The notes under the pieces: generated by a model
Seen by the model: the letters and a program-made list of their open reading frames with translations, nothing else
Told to the model about the DNA's origin: nothing
Database searches by the model: none
Assembly: GCF_009914755.1 (NCBI RefSeq)
Contig: NC_060925.1
Length of the DNA stretch: 64,000 nucleotides
Strand: one strand, 5' to 3'
Source: the human T2T-CHM13v2.0 reference genome, Homo sapiens
Made by a program: the position numbers and the translations under genes
Shown: in pieces, positions 44,846 to 59,418 of the stretch
Position numbering within the stretch: the first letter of the stretch is position 1
How the letters are laid out: every line of letters starts with the position of its first letter

Positions 44846-47819
44846 AGAAAAAACAATCCTAAAATTCCTGAACCACAAAAGACCCTGAACAGCCAAAGCA
44901 ATCTTGAGCAAAAAGACTAAAGATGGAAGCATCACACTATCTGATTTCAAATTATATTACAAAGTCATAGTAATCAATACAACATGGTCCTAGCATAAAA
45001 AATAGACACATCAAACAATGGAATAGGATACAGAACCCAGAAATAAATGCACACATTTGTGCTCAATTGATCTTTGACAAAGGTCCCAAATACACACAGT
45101 GGGGACAGGATGGTCTCTTCAACAAATAGTGATGAGAAAACTGTATATCCACTGCAGAAGAATGAAAGTGGATCCTTATCTCACACCATATGCAAATATC
45201 AACTAAAACTAGATTAAGACCTGAAACTGTAAAACTACTAGAAGGAAATATAGGAAAAAAGCTTCTTGACATTGGTCTAAGCAATTATTTTTTGGATATG
45301 ACCCCAAAAGTATAGGCAACAAAAGCAAAAATAGACAAATAGAATTGCATCAAACCAAAAAGCTTTGCACAGCAAAGGAAATGATCAACAGCGTAAAGAG
45401 ACAAACTATGGAATAGGAAAAAAAATTTGCCAACCATACATTTGATAGAGTTAATATCTGAAATATATAAGGAACTCATACAACTCAATAGCAAGAAAAC
45501 AAATAACCTCTTTTAAAAATGGGCAAAAGACTGGAATAGACATTTCTCAAAAGAAGACATGCAAATGGCCAACAAGTATATGAGAAGATGCTCAACATCA
45601 CTAATCATCAGGGAAATGCAAACAGAAACCACAATGAGCTATAACTTCACACATGTTAGAATGGCTATTACCAAAAAGACAAAAGATAATGTATTGGCAA
45701 GGATGTGGAGAAAATGGAACACTTGTACACTATTGGTGGGAATACAAATTAGTACAGTCATTATGGAAAATGGAGGTTCTTCAAAAAATTAAAAATAGAA
45801 CTACTGTAAAATCCAGCAATCCTATTTCTGGGTATAGATCAAAGGAAGTGAAATCCATATATTGAAGAGATATCTGCAGCCCCATGTTTACTGCAGCATT
45901 TTCAAAATCGCCAAGATATGGAATCAAACAAATTATTCACTGAATGACAAATGGATAAAGAAAATGTGCTAGATGTACACATTGGAATACTATTCAGCTT
46001 TTAAAAAGAAGGACATTCTGTCATTTGTGATAACATGGACAACCCTGGAGGATCTTACACTAACTGAAATGTTAGGCACAGAAATACAAATACTGCATGG
46101 TCTCATTTATATGTGAAATCTGAAAAAAATCAAACTCAGAAGTACAGAGTAGAATGGTGGTTACTAGGAACTTGAGGCAGGAGGTAGGGGTGAGAAATGA
46201 GAAGGGGATGTTTGTCAAAATGTACAAAGTTTCAGTTAGGATGAATAGTTCTGGAGATCTATTATACAGCATGGTGACTAAAATTAATAATGTATTGTAT
46301 ACTTGAAAATGACTCAGCATAGATCTTAAATGTTCTTGTCACAAAATAGAAATAACTGTGCTAAATCTTATGGATATGTTAATTAGCATGATTGTGGTAA
46401 TCATTTCCTAATGTATATGTATATCAGAAGATCATGTTGTACACTGTAAATATATACAGTTTTTACAAATGGCCAACAAGTATATGAGAAGATGCTCTGC
46501 ATTATTAATCATCAGGGAAATGCAAATAGAAACCACAATGGCATATAACCTCACACATGTTAGAATGGCTATTAACAAAAAGACAAAAGATAACATGTAT
46601 TGGCAAGGATATGCTGTGTTCATGGACTGAAAGAATTTAATATTGTTAAAATGTCCATACAACCAAAGTAATCTGTTGAGTTACTGCAGGTGTATTTAAT
46701 TTGTCAATTATACCTCAGTAAAGCTGTGGGAAAACAAACAAGAACTACCAAGAAATACCATATAATCAGATATGGGAGAAACTTGCCTCATCCTGAGGCA
46801 AACTTCCTGTGTAGCTGTGAACCTGTGAAACCAGACAAGTTACGTGCTTCCAAAATGCAATGGTAGGACAAGCAAAGGGGTGATATTTCTATGCCAAAAG
46901 GGAAAAATTGGAAGAAAGGAATGGATGATATGTCTCAGTGAAGTCTAAAACCTAACAAGGCAAATTCTATTTCATGTTAAGACTTGAAAATAATCCTTTT
47001 TGGTTCAATATTTTGCTCTCCAGTTCCTCTGGGATGGCAGGGTCACCCTGATGGCTCTGTGGGTGAGGTAGAGTCTCTCTGCAAGGGTCCTGCCCACATA
47101 GCTCCGTGTAAGGGTGGGCCCTGCCCTAGAGGAACTGAACAGGGTCATCCTGCCCCACAGAATCTAGAGAGGCGGCCCCACTCTTTGAAACCTAGAAGGA
47201 AACGGTCCTGCTCCCTGGGCCTCTTGCAGGAGTAGCAGCCCCAGTGATCTCTGAATCCCCTTAGGGGTCATTCGTCCCTTTCCTTGAATAGTGGTCCAGT
47301 CCCTGTAGAACCCAAGAAGTCCCACAATCGGCCTTAATTCTTTTCTGCTTTCTCTGCACTATTTACTTCAAACTCTTGGCATCTTAGCTGGTATAATCTC
47401 ATCTCTGTTCCTGGCTTCTGTCAATAGAGCTGATGAAGTCCCTGAGTCCCATCATCTCTTTATCTATTAGTCAAGAACTTTTTCTAGGCACTGGAAATAT
47501 AAGGTATTGTTTCTACCATGTTATGCATTTTTTTAGCAATATGTTCCTACTCTAGCTCAAAACCCAGCACTCACAGACTGTTATGACATCATTTAATCTT
47601 AATCACCTTCTTAAAAGCTCTGTCTCCAATATAGTCACATTGAGAGTTAGGCTTCAATGTGACCACATGAGTGGTGGTGGGGGTGGCTACAAAATTCAGG
47701 CTATACCATGTAACATACAAGTTATATATGCAGCGCACATACAGCATGGTGATTATAGTTAATAATAATGTATACTTGTATACAAACATACATATACATA
47801 CTTATCTTTGTGCTGCACT

Positions 47820-48220
47820 TATAGATAGGGAAAAAAATTGTGTGACCCATATATACCATGGAATACTATACAGCCATAAAAAATGAAGTCATGTCCTTTG
47901 CAGCAACATGGATGCAGCTGGAGGCCATTATTCTAAGTGAATTAATGCAAACATAGAAAATCAAATACTGCATGTTCTGACTTATAAGTGGGAGCTAAAC
48001 GATGAGTACACATGGACATAAAGATGGAAACAATAGATACTGGGGTCTCCAAAAGAGGGGAGGGAGGGAGGGAGGAAGTGGGGCAAGGGTTGAAAAACTA
48101 CCTATTGAATGCTAGGTTCACTATTTGGGTGATGGGATCAATAAAAGTCCAAACCCCAGTATTACATAATATATTCATATAACAAACCTGTATATGTACA
48201 CCCTGAAATGAAAAAAAAAT
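47820..48220 (+). mobile_element. L1PA/L1PB 3' end
   Basis: ccatggaatactatacagccataaaaa...cttataagtgggagctaaac, G-rich tract, A tail. Confidence 0.88.
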
Positions 48221-48657
48221 CACATATAAAAGGAAACCCATATTACTCTCTAAGGACATTCCTAAGAGAGTTTGCTTTTCTGAAAACATTTAGTGTAAAC
48301 ATCATTACACTACATATTCTGCAAAATTTAAATGTTATGGCTCATCGTATTATGTTTTATATCTATAGCTTTTTAATTTAATTTTTGGCTTAGAGTAAAA
48401 CTTTCAATATATCTGAATGAACAGGATAATGTATATGTATATTTATTGCCCATATTACAATTCAATAAGGGCTTCAGAATTAAGAACATTAGTCAAAAAA
48501 CATGATATATAAAGGAAGAAAGAAAAAAATATTTTTTTATCTGATTTCAAAATATTTTTTACCTCTTAAATAAAAATGTCTGAATTGGGAAAACATGTCT
48601 TAGACTATAAGAGATGAAAAGGGAAGGTTCTTACTATGCGTTTAACCTGTTGTTTCT

Positions 48658-49131
48658 TGTAGGGAGAAAATACAATTTCTTTTCTTTCCCTCATACATTC
48701 TTAGTTGAGATACTTTCCTGAAAAGTCAGATTAACAAGAGAAAAACCCAGTCAAAGTGTATTAACACATGCCATACCTATCACATGGAAGAGGCCTCAGT
48801 TCAAAAGTATTTCTCTCTCAAGGCATGGCACAGGAGCCTTGCATAAACAGCACTTTAATAAAGAGCCATACGTTCTATATAGTGACAAAACAAAGAATAG
48901 AGTATCTCCAGCCTTCCAAAAAGCAGGAAAATATGGGAAGATACATTCATGGAAAGAACAAAGTCTCCTCCAGGATCTTCTGACTCTGTTTCTGAGATAA
49001 GCAAGTGTTGTACAAGTGCCTGCCTTCAGGTGGGAAAGGCAAAGAGAAGGGCAGAATGTGCCCCTGCATTTTAACCTTCTTTAGCTCAGTGATCCCCAGT
49101 ATTTCAGAGAGGAATATTTTGGTTTCCTTCA
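48658..49131 (-). mobile_element. ERV1 solo LTR (MER34/MER39-like)
   Basis: TG...CA; cagattaacaagagaaaaa; terminal atattttggtttccttca. Confidence 0.65.
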
Positions 49132-49147
49132 CTAACAATTAAAAAAT

Positions 49148-49175
49148 ACACACACACACACACACACACACACAC
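49148..49175. repeat. (AC)14 microsatellite
   Basis: Direct count. Confidence 0.95.
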
Positions 49176-49277
49176 CTCAGAATTTATACAGAATGAAGTA
49201 GTGACTTTCTGGAAAGGAATTGGGGCCACTGGAAAGGGTATGGGTTCCACATACTACCAGATCTAATGATTCTATTA

Positions 49278-49708
<431 letters not shown>

Positions 49709-50137
49709 CTAAGATGAGAAGAGTTTATATGCCTGCAACATAAAGGGAAAGCATCATGGTGGTGGTGATTTAAGAATTTCAGCTTCCTGGCATCCAACAT
49801 AAAAAGGAAGACACAAGTTACAGATGGATCTTCCTTACTCAAAAGGAAGAAACGTTAGACCGAAAAGAAAAATAAGATGTTTCTTTACTAAACTCTAAGA
49901 AACATTATTTTTTAAGGACATTATAAATATGGGATTGCCAAGGGGTAAGACATGCTGGAAAGTAAATTGGATACTTCAGAAAGCAATTTTTTTTTTGTTT
50001 GCAGCTAAGACATCTTAATTAAAAATGGCCTTCAGAAACACTAGTAATTCCAAGGCATAAAGAATGTATACAGTGAGTCATTTAGCCTAGTTCACCCTTA
50101 GAACTGATGGACAAACCTAAATGTTGATGATAATATC

Positions 50138-50583
50138 TGTCTTGGTCTGTTTTGTGTTGCTATAACAGAATACCTGAGACTAAGTAATTTATAAAGACAA
50201 GAAGCTTATTTAGCTCACGGTTATGGAGTCTGAGAAGTACAATAAGGCTGACACTGGCATCTTCCTGGCTTCTGGTGAGGGCTTTTGTGCTGTGTCATAA
50301 CATGGTGGAGAAGGTCAAAGGGGAAGCAGGCACATGAGGAGGTAAAACCCAAGAGGCGCATTGGATTTATAATAACAAACCCTTGAGGGAATGAATCCAT
50401 CCTCATAAGAATCTAATCTAATCAGAGAACTCACTCACAACTACTAGAATGGCACCAAGCAATTTACGAGGTATCTGTTGCCATGACCCAAACACCTCCC
50501 ACTAGGTCCCACCTCCCAAAACTGCCACACTGGGGATCAAATTTCAACATGAGTTTTGGTGAGAACAAATTCAAGCCATAACA
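50138..50583 (-). mobile_element. MSTB/MSTC-like solo LTR
   Basis: TG...CA, TSD atatc / atgtc. Confidence 0.88.
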
Positions 50584-51134
50584 ATGTCATTTCATAAAAT
50601 TCAGCAATCAACCTGTTCTAAGCACATGCTTTTAACTGATATGCAACCATTCAGAATGTAAGCTAAATATGCTTTTTAACTATTTATCTAATTTCATATT
50701 TTAAACATGTGTAATGTGATCTGTATCCCATTTTCTCTTTGACATAAACATTTGTTGTTTTTATACCATCTCACTGTTCTATTTAATTCAAGGAGGTGTT
50801 CATTTCTTTAAAATATAAATGACTTGTGACATTAAGCTGCTTCAGAGTAAGACATCTTCTTGTGCAAAATGTGTTTCCTAAAATAATGTAGTACTTCCTT
50901 TTGGTTTTATACAACAGATTCACTTCATATATTCTGAGGTATTTTTTGAGAATATGCATTTATTTAACCATAAAGTAAGCAACTTTATGGAAATATAGAA
51001 ACTTTTGGATACACAGTAAAAAGAAAAGTAGTATATTTTTTATTTTAGAGGAATAATTATATGCCTCCATATACTTTTAGAAGGCATACATACTTAAGAA
51101 AAATAATCACACATTATTATTCTTGTTGGTCTCA

Positions 51135-51781
51135 TGTATTAGTCTGTTTTCACGCTGCTATAAAGAAACTACCTGGCCAAGGCAGGCGGATCACAGAGTC
51201 AGGAGTTCGAGACCAGCCTGGCCAACATAGTGAAACCCCATCTCTACTAAAAATACAAAAATTAAATGGATGAGGTGGCACACACCTGTAATCTCAGCTA
51301 CTTGGGGGGCTGAGGCAGAAGAATCACTTGAACCCAGGAAGCAGAGGCATGAGCCAAGACCATGCCACTGCACTTCAGCCTGGGTGACAGAGTGAGACTC
51401 TGTCTCAAAAAAAAAAGAAAGAAAGAGGTACCTGAGAATCTGAGACTCGGTTATTTTTAAAAGAAAGAGGTTTAATTGACTCAAAGTTCTGCATGGCTGG
51501 GGAAGCCTCAGGAAACTTACAATCATGGCAGATGGTAGAAGGGGAAGGGGAAGCAGGCATGTCTTACATGGCAGCAGGTGAGAGAGAAGAGTGCAAGGGG
51601 GAACTGCCAAACACTTTTTTAAAACAATCAGATCTCATGAGAACTCACTCACTGTCACAAGAGCAGCATAGGGGAAACCACCCCTATAATCCAATCACCT
51701 CCTGCCAGATCCCTCCCTTGACACATGGGGATTAAAATTTTAGATGAGATTTTGGTGGGTACACAGAGCCAAACCATATCA
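51135..51781 (-). mobile_element. MSTA/THE1-like solo LTR split by a 5'-truncated Alu (51175-51425, +)
   Basis: tgtattagtctgttttcacgctgctataaagaa...aaaccatatca. Confidence 0.88.
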
Positions 51782-51808
51782 CCCTAAAAATTAAAAGAAA
51801 AATTGTAG

Positions 51809-52120
<312 letters not shown>

Positions 52121-52324
52121 TAGGTATTCTTTAAATCATAATAAATCATCAGTCCCTCCTACTCCATACAAAACCATGTAGAAAATTATTCAAAACAACT
52201 TTACATTTCTCCCTCCTTCCTTACCTTCCTTTCTTTTTTTTCTTCCTCCTCTCCTCCCTGCCTTCCTTATTTCTCCCCATCTTCTTATCTCTTAAAATAA
52301 ACAACAACATTAAATAAACAAACT

Positions 52325-52498
52325 TACAAAAATTAGCTGGGCATGGTGGTGCACACCTGTAATCCCAGCTGCTCAGGAGGCTGAGTCAGGAGAATCACTT
52401 GAACTTGGGCGGCGGAGGTTGGAGTGAACAGAAATTGTGCCATTGCACTCCAGCCTGGGCAACAGAGTGAGACTCCACCTCGAGAAAAAAAAAAAAAA
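52325..52498 (+). mobile_element. Alu right arm
   Basis: aaaaattagctgggc...A tail. Confidence 0.9.
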
Positions 52499-55346
52499 CT
52501 ATGTCTCTGTGTGGTGGCTAGCATAATCTGTACAATACATAGTTAGTCATTTTATTGGCTAAACATAAAATCTTAGAATTATTAGAAATACTTTACAATT
52601 TGATTTGATATTAAGCAACTTGGATGGGACTTGCATTCAATAGGTTGCTAAAATACTTTTTTCTATACTTTTATAAAACTTTGTTTCTTGATATTGGAAA
52701 TTTTAGGCTTCAATTTATTAATTATTGGTGGATTAGAGAAAATCTTAGGGAGACTAGAGACGTCACGTTCAAAATGTTGAAGAAAGAAAGGGCTGACATG
52801 ATCTTATGGTTCTTCTATGGCAAGATGGAGTTGAATGCAGTAGATTGACTTTAGCCAAGAAGGCTCAAGCAAGTATATTTGGCTTCTGTCCTTTACTCTT
52901 CCCATTATATTTTAAGATTGTCTATGTAGAAATCTTTCATTCACTTATATTATTTTTAAACATAGAAGTCATACTTTTCAAATGATTTATTAACCAATTG
53001 TGTTAAAAGGTGTCAGTTGGCAGAAAATCAAAGGTAAGTAAATACTCTTCCTCTCATCACATTCATATTAAATCAATTTAATGTATCAAATATTATTTAA
53101 ATTTTTGTTTTATTTTTAATGCTATTGAACTGAAGAGCACTATACAAAGAAATCAAAGTCAGCAAATTTAGAGCAAATAATACTATTTTTCTCAAAAGTA
53201 TGAAAATCAATAATGAAAAGTAGCATATATATAATTTTTGAAAGTGTGAAAATCAATAATAGGATAATGTGCATACCATATAATTTACTCATTTTTTTAA
53301 TCTATTTGCAAACTGCGCAAGTTAAGTTGTTAGATTCTAAGTCTGTGTCTTAAATGGTCGAACCTTTTAAGATCAGGTAAATTCTTTGTATTCATAAATT
53401 CTTTATTGTACTGATCTCCATATTTAAACTAGATGTGAAATTAAATAAGGAGAATCTACCCGTCAGTCATTATTAATTTAATCTATTTGGGTAGATCTAA
53501 AAGAGTTGGACAATAAAAAATTCAGTGTACTAAAAACATCCTTTTGGTTGTCAAAACATTCACATATGTTCATATTTACTGAAGCAGAAATGATATTCTA
53601 AAGCCTTTATCTGAATTGGAATGAGTTTCCATAGGCATTTTAGACAACTGATTTTAATGGAACCATTTGATGTTTTCCCTTGTTTGAAAAATTCAGAAAG
53701 AGACTCTTTCAAGATGGTTCATGTTGATAGAGCTTTTCCTCATACGTCTTATTACAGGTGAATTACAACAGTAGAGAAGTCCTTTGTTGTTATTTTCACA
53801 TGCATTTTGGTCCTAAACAGGATTTTATAAGCTACAAAGCATAAAAATATCCAGTACTCTAAAGAATTAATTTAGAGAACCTCCTAAGCATATTGCACAG
53901 AACATAAAGTTGACCTTTGCTGTCTACGGCTTTTGGAATGGAGTGGGATGTAGAACACATCATAGATTTAATGTGGCACATCGTTGTCTGCAGAAACTTG
54001 GGTGGGACTGTGACTGCTTGCCCATTGCACCCGGTGATTGAATCTGCTGTCACCAGCATCCTGATAATAATGAACATTCAGCTTAACGACCGTGATTATG
54101 ATTATCATAATTGATGTGCAAGTGCAGTGTGTGGGGATCATTACAGCTGAACTGTACAGCAGAGAAACATGCCTCAGTTATGGATAATTTTACTTTTATG
54201 CATTGATTGGGATAAAATATGCCTTTCTATTTAAACAGACCAGCTTCATATAATTTTAAGAATCTTTCCATACATGCTGATTGATGATTATGCACTTGCT
54301 GAAAAACAGCCCCTTACAGTTGTTTGTTTTGTGTTGTTTCATTTCATTAGTAAATGTAAACAAATAATTAGGTGTAATTGAGGGAAAATATTTTGCTTAT
54401 GAGGATAGCCTTCAATAATCAAATACTCAGTTTAAGTGCTTTTTCTTTCTCTCCCTCTTTAACAATATATTAGAGACTGAATTTTTTCAGTTTTCTTCCT
54501 CTGATTACCCTTGTCTAGTCTTTCTAAGGACAGTAGGCTTCAGGAAAAGTATAAATTTACATGAATTTTTATTATAAATCTATAGATGCATTTGTATATG
54601 CATATATTTATATATGTATATGTATACTCTAGTCTACTATGCATTTCAGAAAATTGGGCAGAGCCAAATACTGTATTGTATTACTTAGTAAAATAATATT
54701 TAGCTTATAGAATACTTTAAATGTATTATATTAAGATATATATATTTATGCTACCTTTGCTTTTTAATCTGGTTTGTTTCTGATTAATTTGATACATTGT
54801 TTAGTGATTTCCAATTATGCTTTTAAAAATGATACAACAGGGTTCCTGATTTGAATTTTAACTTGTGAATGAAAATAATATGTGCAATGATGTGTCTAAG
54901 ATTCTCAAAAGATTAAATCTGAGCATATTAGTTATAATCATTAACCTAAGGGCACAATTTGCATTTGATTCTAAAATATTTCATTTAAGTGATGAACAAA
55001 CATAATGGAACAAATTTTTACAAAGAAGCATGGTAAGCCATTTTTAAAATCTTTATATTTTGTAACTGCAATAAAGCTTGAAACTGAGAGATCTCTCCAT
55101 TAGATTATTAATAGCTGTACAGCTCTGAAGAGACTATGGTTAACATTTCCGTCGGAGGTCTGTAAGATTCACATTATCCCAGGTAAGATGTTTGCCCTAG
55201 ATGTGCAGCTGTACACTGTGGTGGAGGACAAAATCTTTTTCTGACAGTGAGAGGTTTAATAGTTTGCCTATGAAATTTTCTTTCTGGAAGTTTTTAGTCC
55301 CAATGTGATCCCTGAACTTTATGAAAAGTTTCTCCTGAAGTTTCTA

Positions 55347-55652
<306 letters not shown>

Positions 55653-56320
55653 GAAGTTTGTAAGTCTCTAAAAATTCAACATATGCTAGTCTTCTCTGCA
55701 TTGTTACTCATCTAGAATGAGAGTTAAATTCTTCATCTGACAAAGATCATGGAATATGTTATCTCTGCATTTTTCTACAATTAAACTCGTAACCTTATGT
55801 TTTTAAATTTGAAGGCCTCAATTTATGTTTTTCTTGCTGTTGTAGGAAACTGAGCCAAGATATCAGTGTGAATTGTGGCCTCCAAACCTATTGCCTTCAC
55901 TCCCAAGTATAAGATTATTGCTTAAGTATCTTTCTGTGACTTTCTGGTCTTGATTTGACTCAGACAAGAGGAGGTTTTACTAGAATAAGGGGACCCCAAA
56001 TGACTGGAAATATGAATAGGAAATATACATTATGCCTTAGAAAGAGGCCAACTTTGGTCTTAAGAATCAGGAAATACTTGAAACATAACATGAACACAAA
56101 AGTTAGCTAATAGTACTTAGTCAAGTGTCCTTCTGGCTATATCTGGAGGTTTGGCCTGGAGAATTCGAATGGATATTTATGTGTACTTCTAGGTAGGCCC
56201 CTATCAAACCATTTAGCAGCAGCGTGTTTTGGGTACTGCCACTGAGATGAACATTTTTATGCATATACATATATCTTTGCCCTAAAGATTTCCTGAAAGT
56301 AAAACTTCTGAGTCAAAGAA

Positions 56321-56723
56321 TGTGATGGGTAGTTTTATGTTATGTCAGTTTGACTAGGCTATAATACCATTATTTAATGGAACACTGTCTAGGTGACGTT
56401 GTGAAGGTGTTTTGCGGATGTGCTTAAGAACCATAATCAGTTAACTTTATGTAAAGCAGATTATCCTCCATAATGTGGGTGGGTCTCATTCAATAAGTTA
56501 GTGGTTTTAAGAACAAAAACAGAGGGTTCCCAGAGAAGATATTCTTCCTCAAGACTGCAACATCAATTCCTGTTTGTGTTTTCGGTTTACTGGAGTGGAC
56601 TGCTCTACAGATTTAACACCTGCCAGTTTCCAAAATTGCGTAAGCCAGTTCTTTAAAATAAATTCACCCTTCCCCCAACATCTATCTCATTGGTTCTCTT
56701 TCCTTGGAGAACCCTGACTTACA
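56321..56723 (+). mobile_element. MLT2 (ERVL) solo LTR inside an old L1ME
   Basis: tgtgatgg...gtaaagcagattatcctccataatgtgggtggg...ggagaaccctgacttaca. Confidence 0.85.
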
Positions 56724-57994
56724 TAGAGTGATTGCATAGTATTAATACTTCCATTATGTATTATCGAACTGCTCTGAAGCAGAATGAACAAAAAAGTACC
56801 TTATTCCATATATACATATCCTTTCATTGTCATTAACACTGGTTATTCTCAGTGGTTTTTACAAAAGATGTACACACATCTTCAGTCTTAATTCAACTGA
56901 AATTTTATTTGCTACTGAAAAAATTTATAGATTAATATAGGGGGAATTGACTTTTAATATACTGAGTCTTAGCATTCAAGAACATGCTTTGTCTCTCAAT
57001 TTATTAAAAAATTTTTAATTGACCTTAAGAAGAGTTTTGTAACTTTTCCAGTTTCCAGTTATTGGCTAAGCATATTTCTAATTATTTTATATTTTTAGTC
57101 TGATTAGGATTTTCTTTTACCTTATTATTTATTAATTTTTAAAGACTATTACCTTAATGTGCTATGTTTTAATGGTTGCTTTATGAATTTTTCTACTAAT
57201 TCTAGCACTTAGGTTTACTAGGTAGATAATTATATCATCTGCACATATTTATATATTCAACCTTCTATCTTTTACTTTATAATCTTTTTACTTCATTTAA
57301 AAACTTTCTGGTCATATTAACTAACACATAGCATAATGAAAAATAGATAAAAATGGTCATCATTCACTTCTGAATATAAAGTTTGCTATTGGATACATAA
57401 TATACATACACACAATTGTAACTACTTGATAGTGTCATATATACATATAACTAGTTAAAAAATGATATTGAAATATTAAGAAGTTACTATCTTTTTGAGT
57501 GAGGTAATTATTGAAGTCTATTAAATAATTTCTTAGTATCTAAAAAGATCAATATGTTTTTCCTTTCTAACCTTTTAAAACAATGTACTACATCAATATA
57601 AGCTGTAATGTTGAACCATCCTTGTATTCCTGGCATAAACTCTCTCTAGTTTATAAAGTGTTATTCTCTCAGCATGATGCTAAAATTGATCTAGTTTTTA
57701 TACATACTATTGATCAAATAAATCTATTCTATGTATCTAGTTTTCTCATAACTCAGCTATTCTTATCTGTTTTTACTTCCTTTGGGTTCAGCTCATGAAT
57801 TAGTCTTACAGGGAATGGGGCTTTAAAAAATTAGAAGAAAAAATGAGTACTTTTTAGTAAATATTATAGAAGTTGTATTTTAGTGAAATCTGAAGCCTGT
57901 TTAAATACCATTAAAAGATGTCAAACTGGAGGATATTTAATAAGTGTATCCTCTCATTTCTCCCAGTTTTCTTGTGAACAAATCTTCCAGGTGG

Positions 57995-58366
57995 TGATAT
58001 GGTTTGGCTATGTCTCCGCCCAAATCGCATCTTGAATTGTAGTTCCCATAATCCTCAACTGTGGTGGGAGAGACCTACTGGAGGTAATTGAATCAAGGGG
58101 TCAGTTTCCCCCATGCTATTCTCATAATAGCAAACAAGTTCTCATAAGATCTGCCAGTTTTATAAGAGGTTTTCCCCTTCATTCAGCTCTCCTTCTCCTT
58201 CCTGCCATCATGTGAAGAAGGACATGTTTGCTTCCCCTTCTGCCATGATTGTAAGTTTCCTGAGGCCTCCCCAGCCCTGTGGATCTGAGTCAATTAAACC
58301 TCTTTCCTTTATAATTTACCTAGTCTCAGGCAGTTCTTTATAGCAGTGTGAGAATGAACTAATACA
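57995..58366 (+). mobile_element. THE1D-like solo LTR
   Basis: tgatatggtttggct...gaactaataca; TSD ggtgg / gatgg. Confidence 0.92.
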
Positions 58367-59104
58367 GATGGTGATGATGGTGTGTGTGTCTATCCAAAGT
58401 AAGATCCTCGACTGAGTGGAAACATACCAAATCAATTTTACCCTCAACATGTTGCCCTGAAATTGCAGCATAATTTACCTTACGTGGTTTCAAAAGCTAC
58501 CTTTAAATGGGCTATATTACGTAAGTCTAATATTTTTCTTCTAGGTACAATTTTCTGATCTGCTCTTGGCCACATCTTGCCGTACGTCTATAGGTTAATG
58601 ACTAGGACCACACATGCTTAGTGTACAGGCATGGCCAATAATTTCCCTGTAACTTTATGAAGCATTTTGTATTACTGAACTTCAGCTTCCCATGTATCTC
58701 TGCATGCTGATTGTCCTCTTAGTTTTAGCATTTCTGGTACAGTCCCCAGTCATTATTCTCATTCAGTAAAGGGAATCTCAATTAAATTGAATTTATCATG
58801 CTTTTCTGAAAATTATATTTTATATGATTAGATTGCAAGAATTCACTTTAATTTTAGAAAATTTAGAAAAGAGAGAAGCAAATAGAGAAAATAAAACCAC
58901 CTATTATTCATTGCCAGTATTTTATTATTCTTACAGTACTATTTCAGTCTCACTTTTGTACATATAACCTACCACCCAGACACATACAGAAAGTAAGTTT
59001 GCACTTGATATATTCTTTCATAGCCTGTTGTATTCAGTTACCATCCTTGGACATCACAATTTACGGGAATGCTCTGACTAATTTTCTTTGTCTTTAAACA
59101 TTTA

Positions 59105-59418
59105 TACAGTCAATCATCACTTTAATGGGGATATGTTCAGAGAAATGTGTCATTAGATAATTTAGTTGTGTGAACATCATAAAGTGTACTTACACAAACC
59201 TAAATGGTATAGCCTACTACAGACCTACGGTATATGGTATAGCCTACTGCTCCTAAGCTAAAAACCTGTACATGTTACTGTACTGAATATTGTAGACAGT
59301 TGTAATACAATGATAAGTGTGTATATAAATGTATCTAAATATAGAAAAATTACAGTAAAAATACAGTTAAAAACCATACTGTAAAGTATAATCTTATGGG
59401 AACATCATCATATATGTG
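59105..59418. mobile_element. Tigger3/MER7-type DNA transposon
   Basis: tgtacttacacaaaccta...ggtatagcctactac...tataatcttatggga. Confidence 0.85.

Noticed and set aside
55846-55905. Possible cryptic exon after ttcttgctgttgtAG
   Set aside because: Weak donor, and the peptide does not match the expected next SPATA17 exon (recalled as DFQTVLPS...), which appears to lie outside the window.
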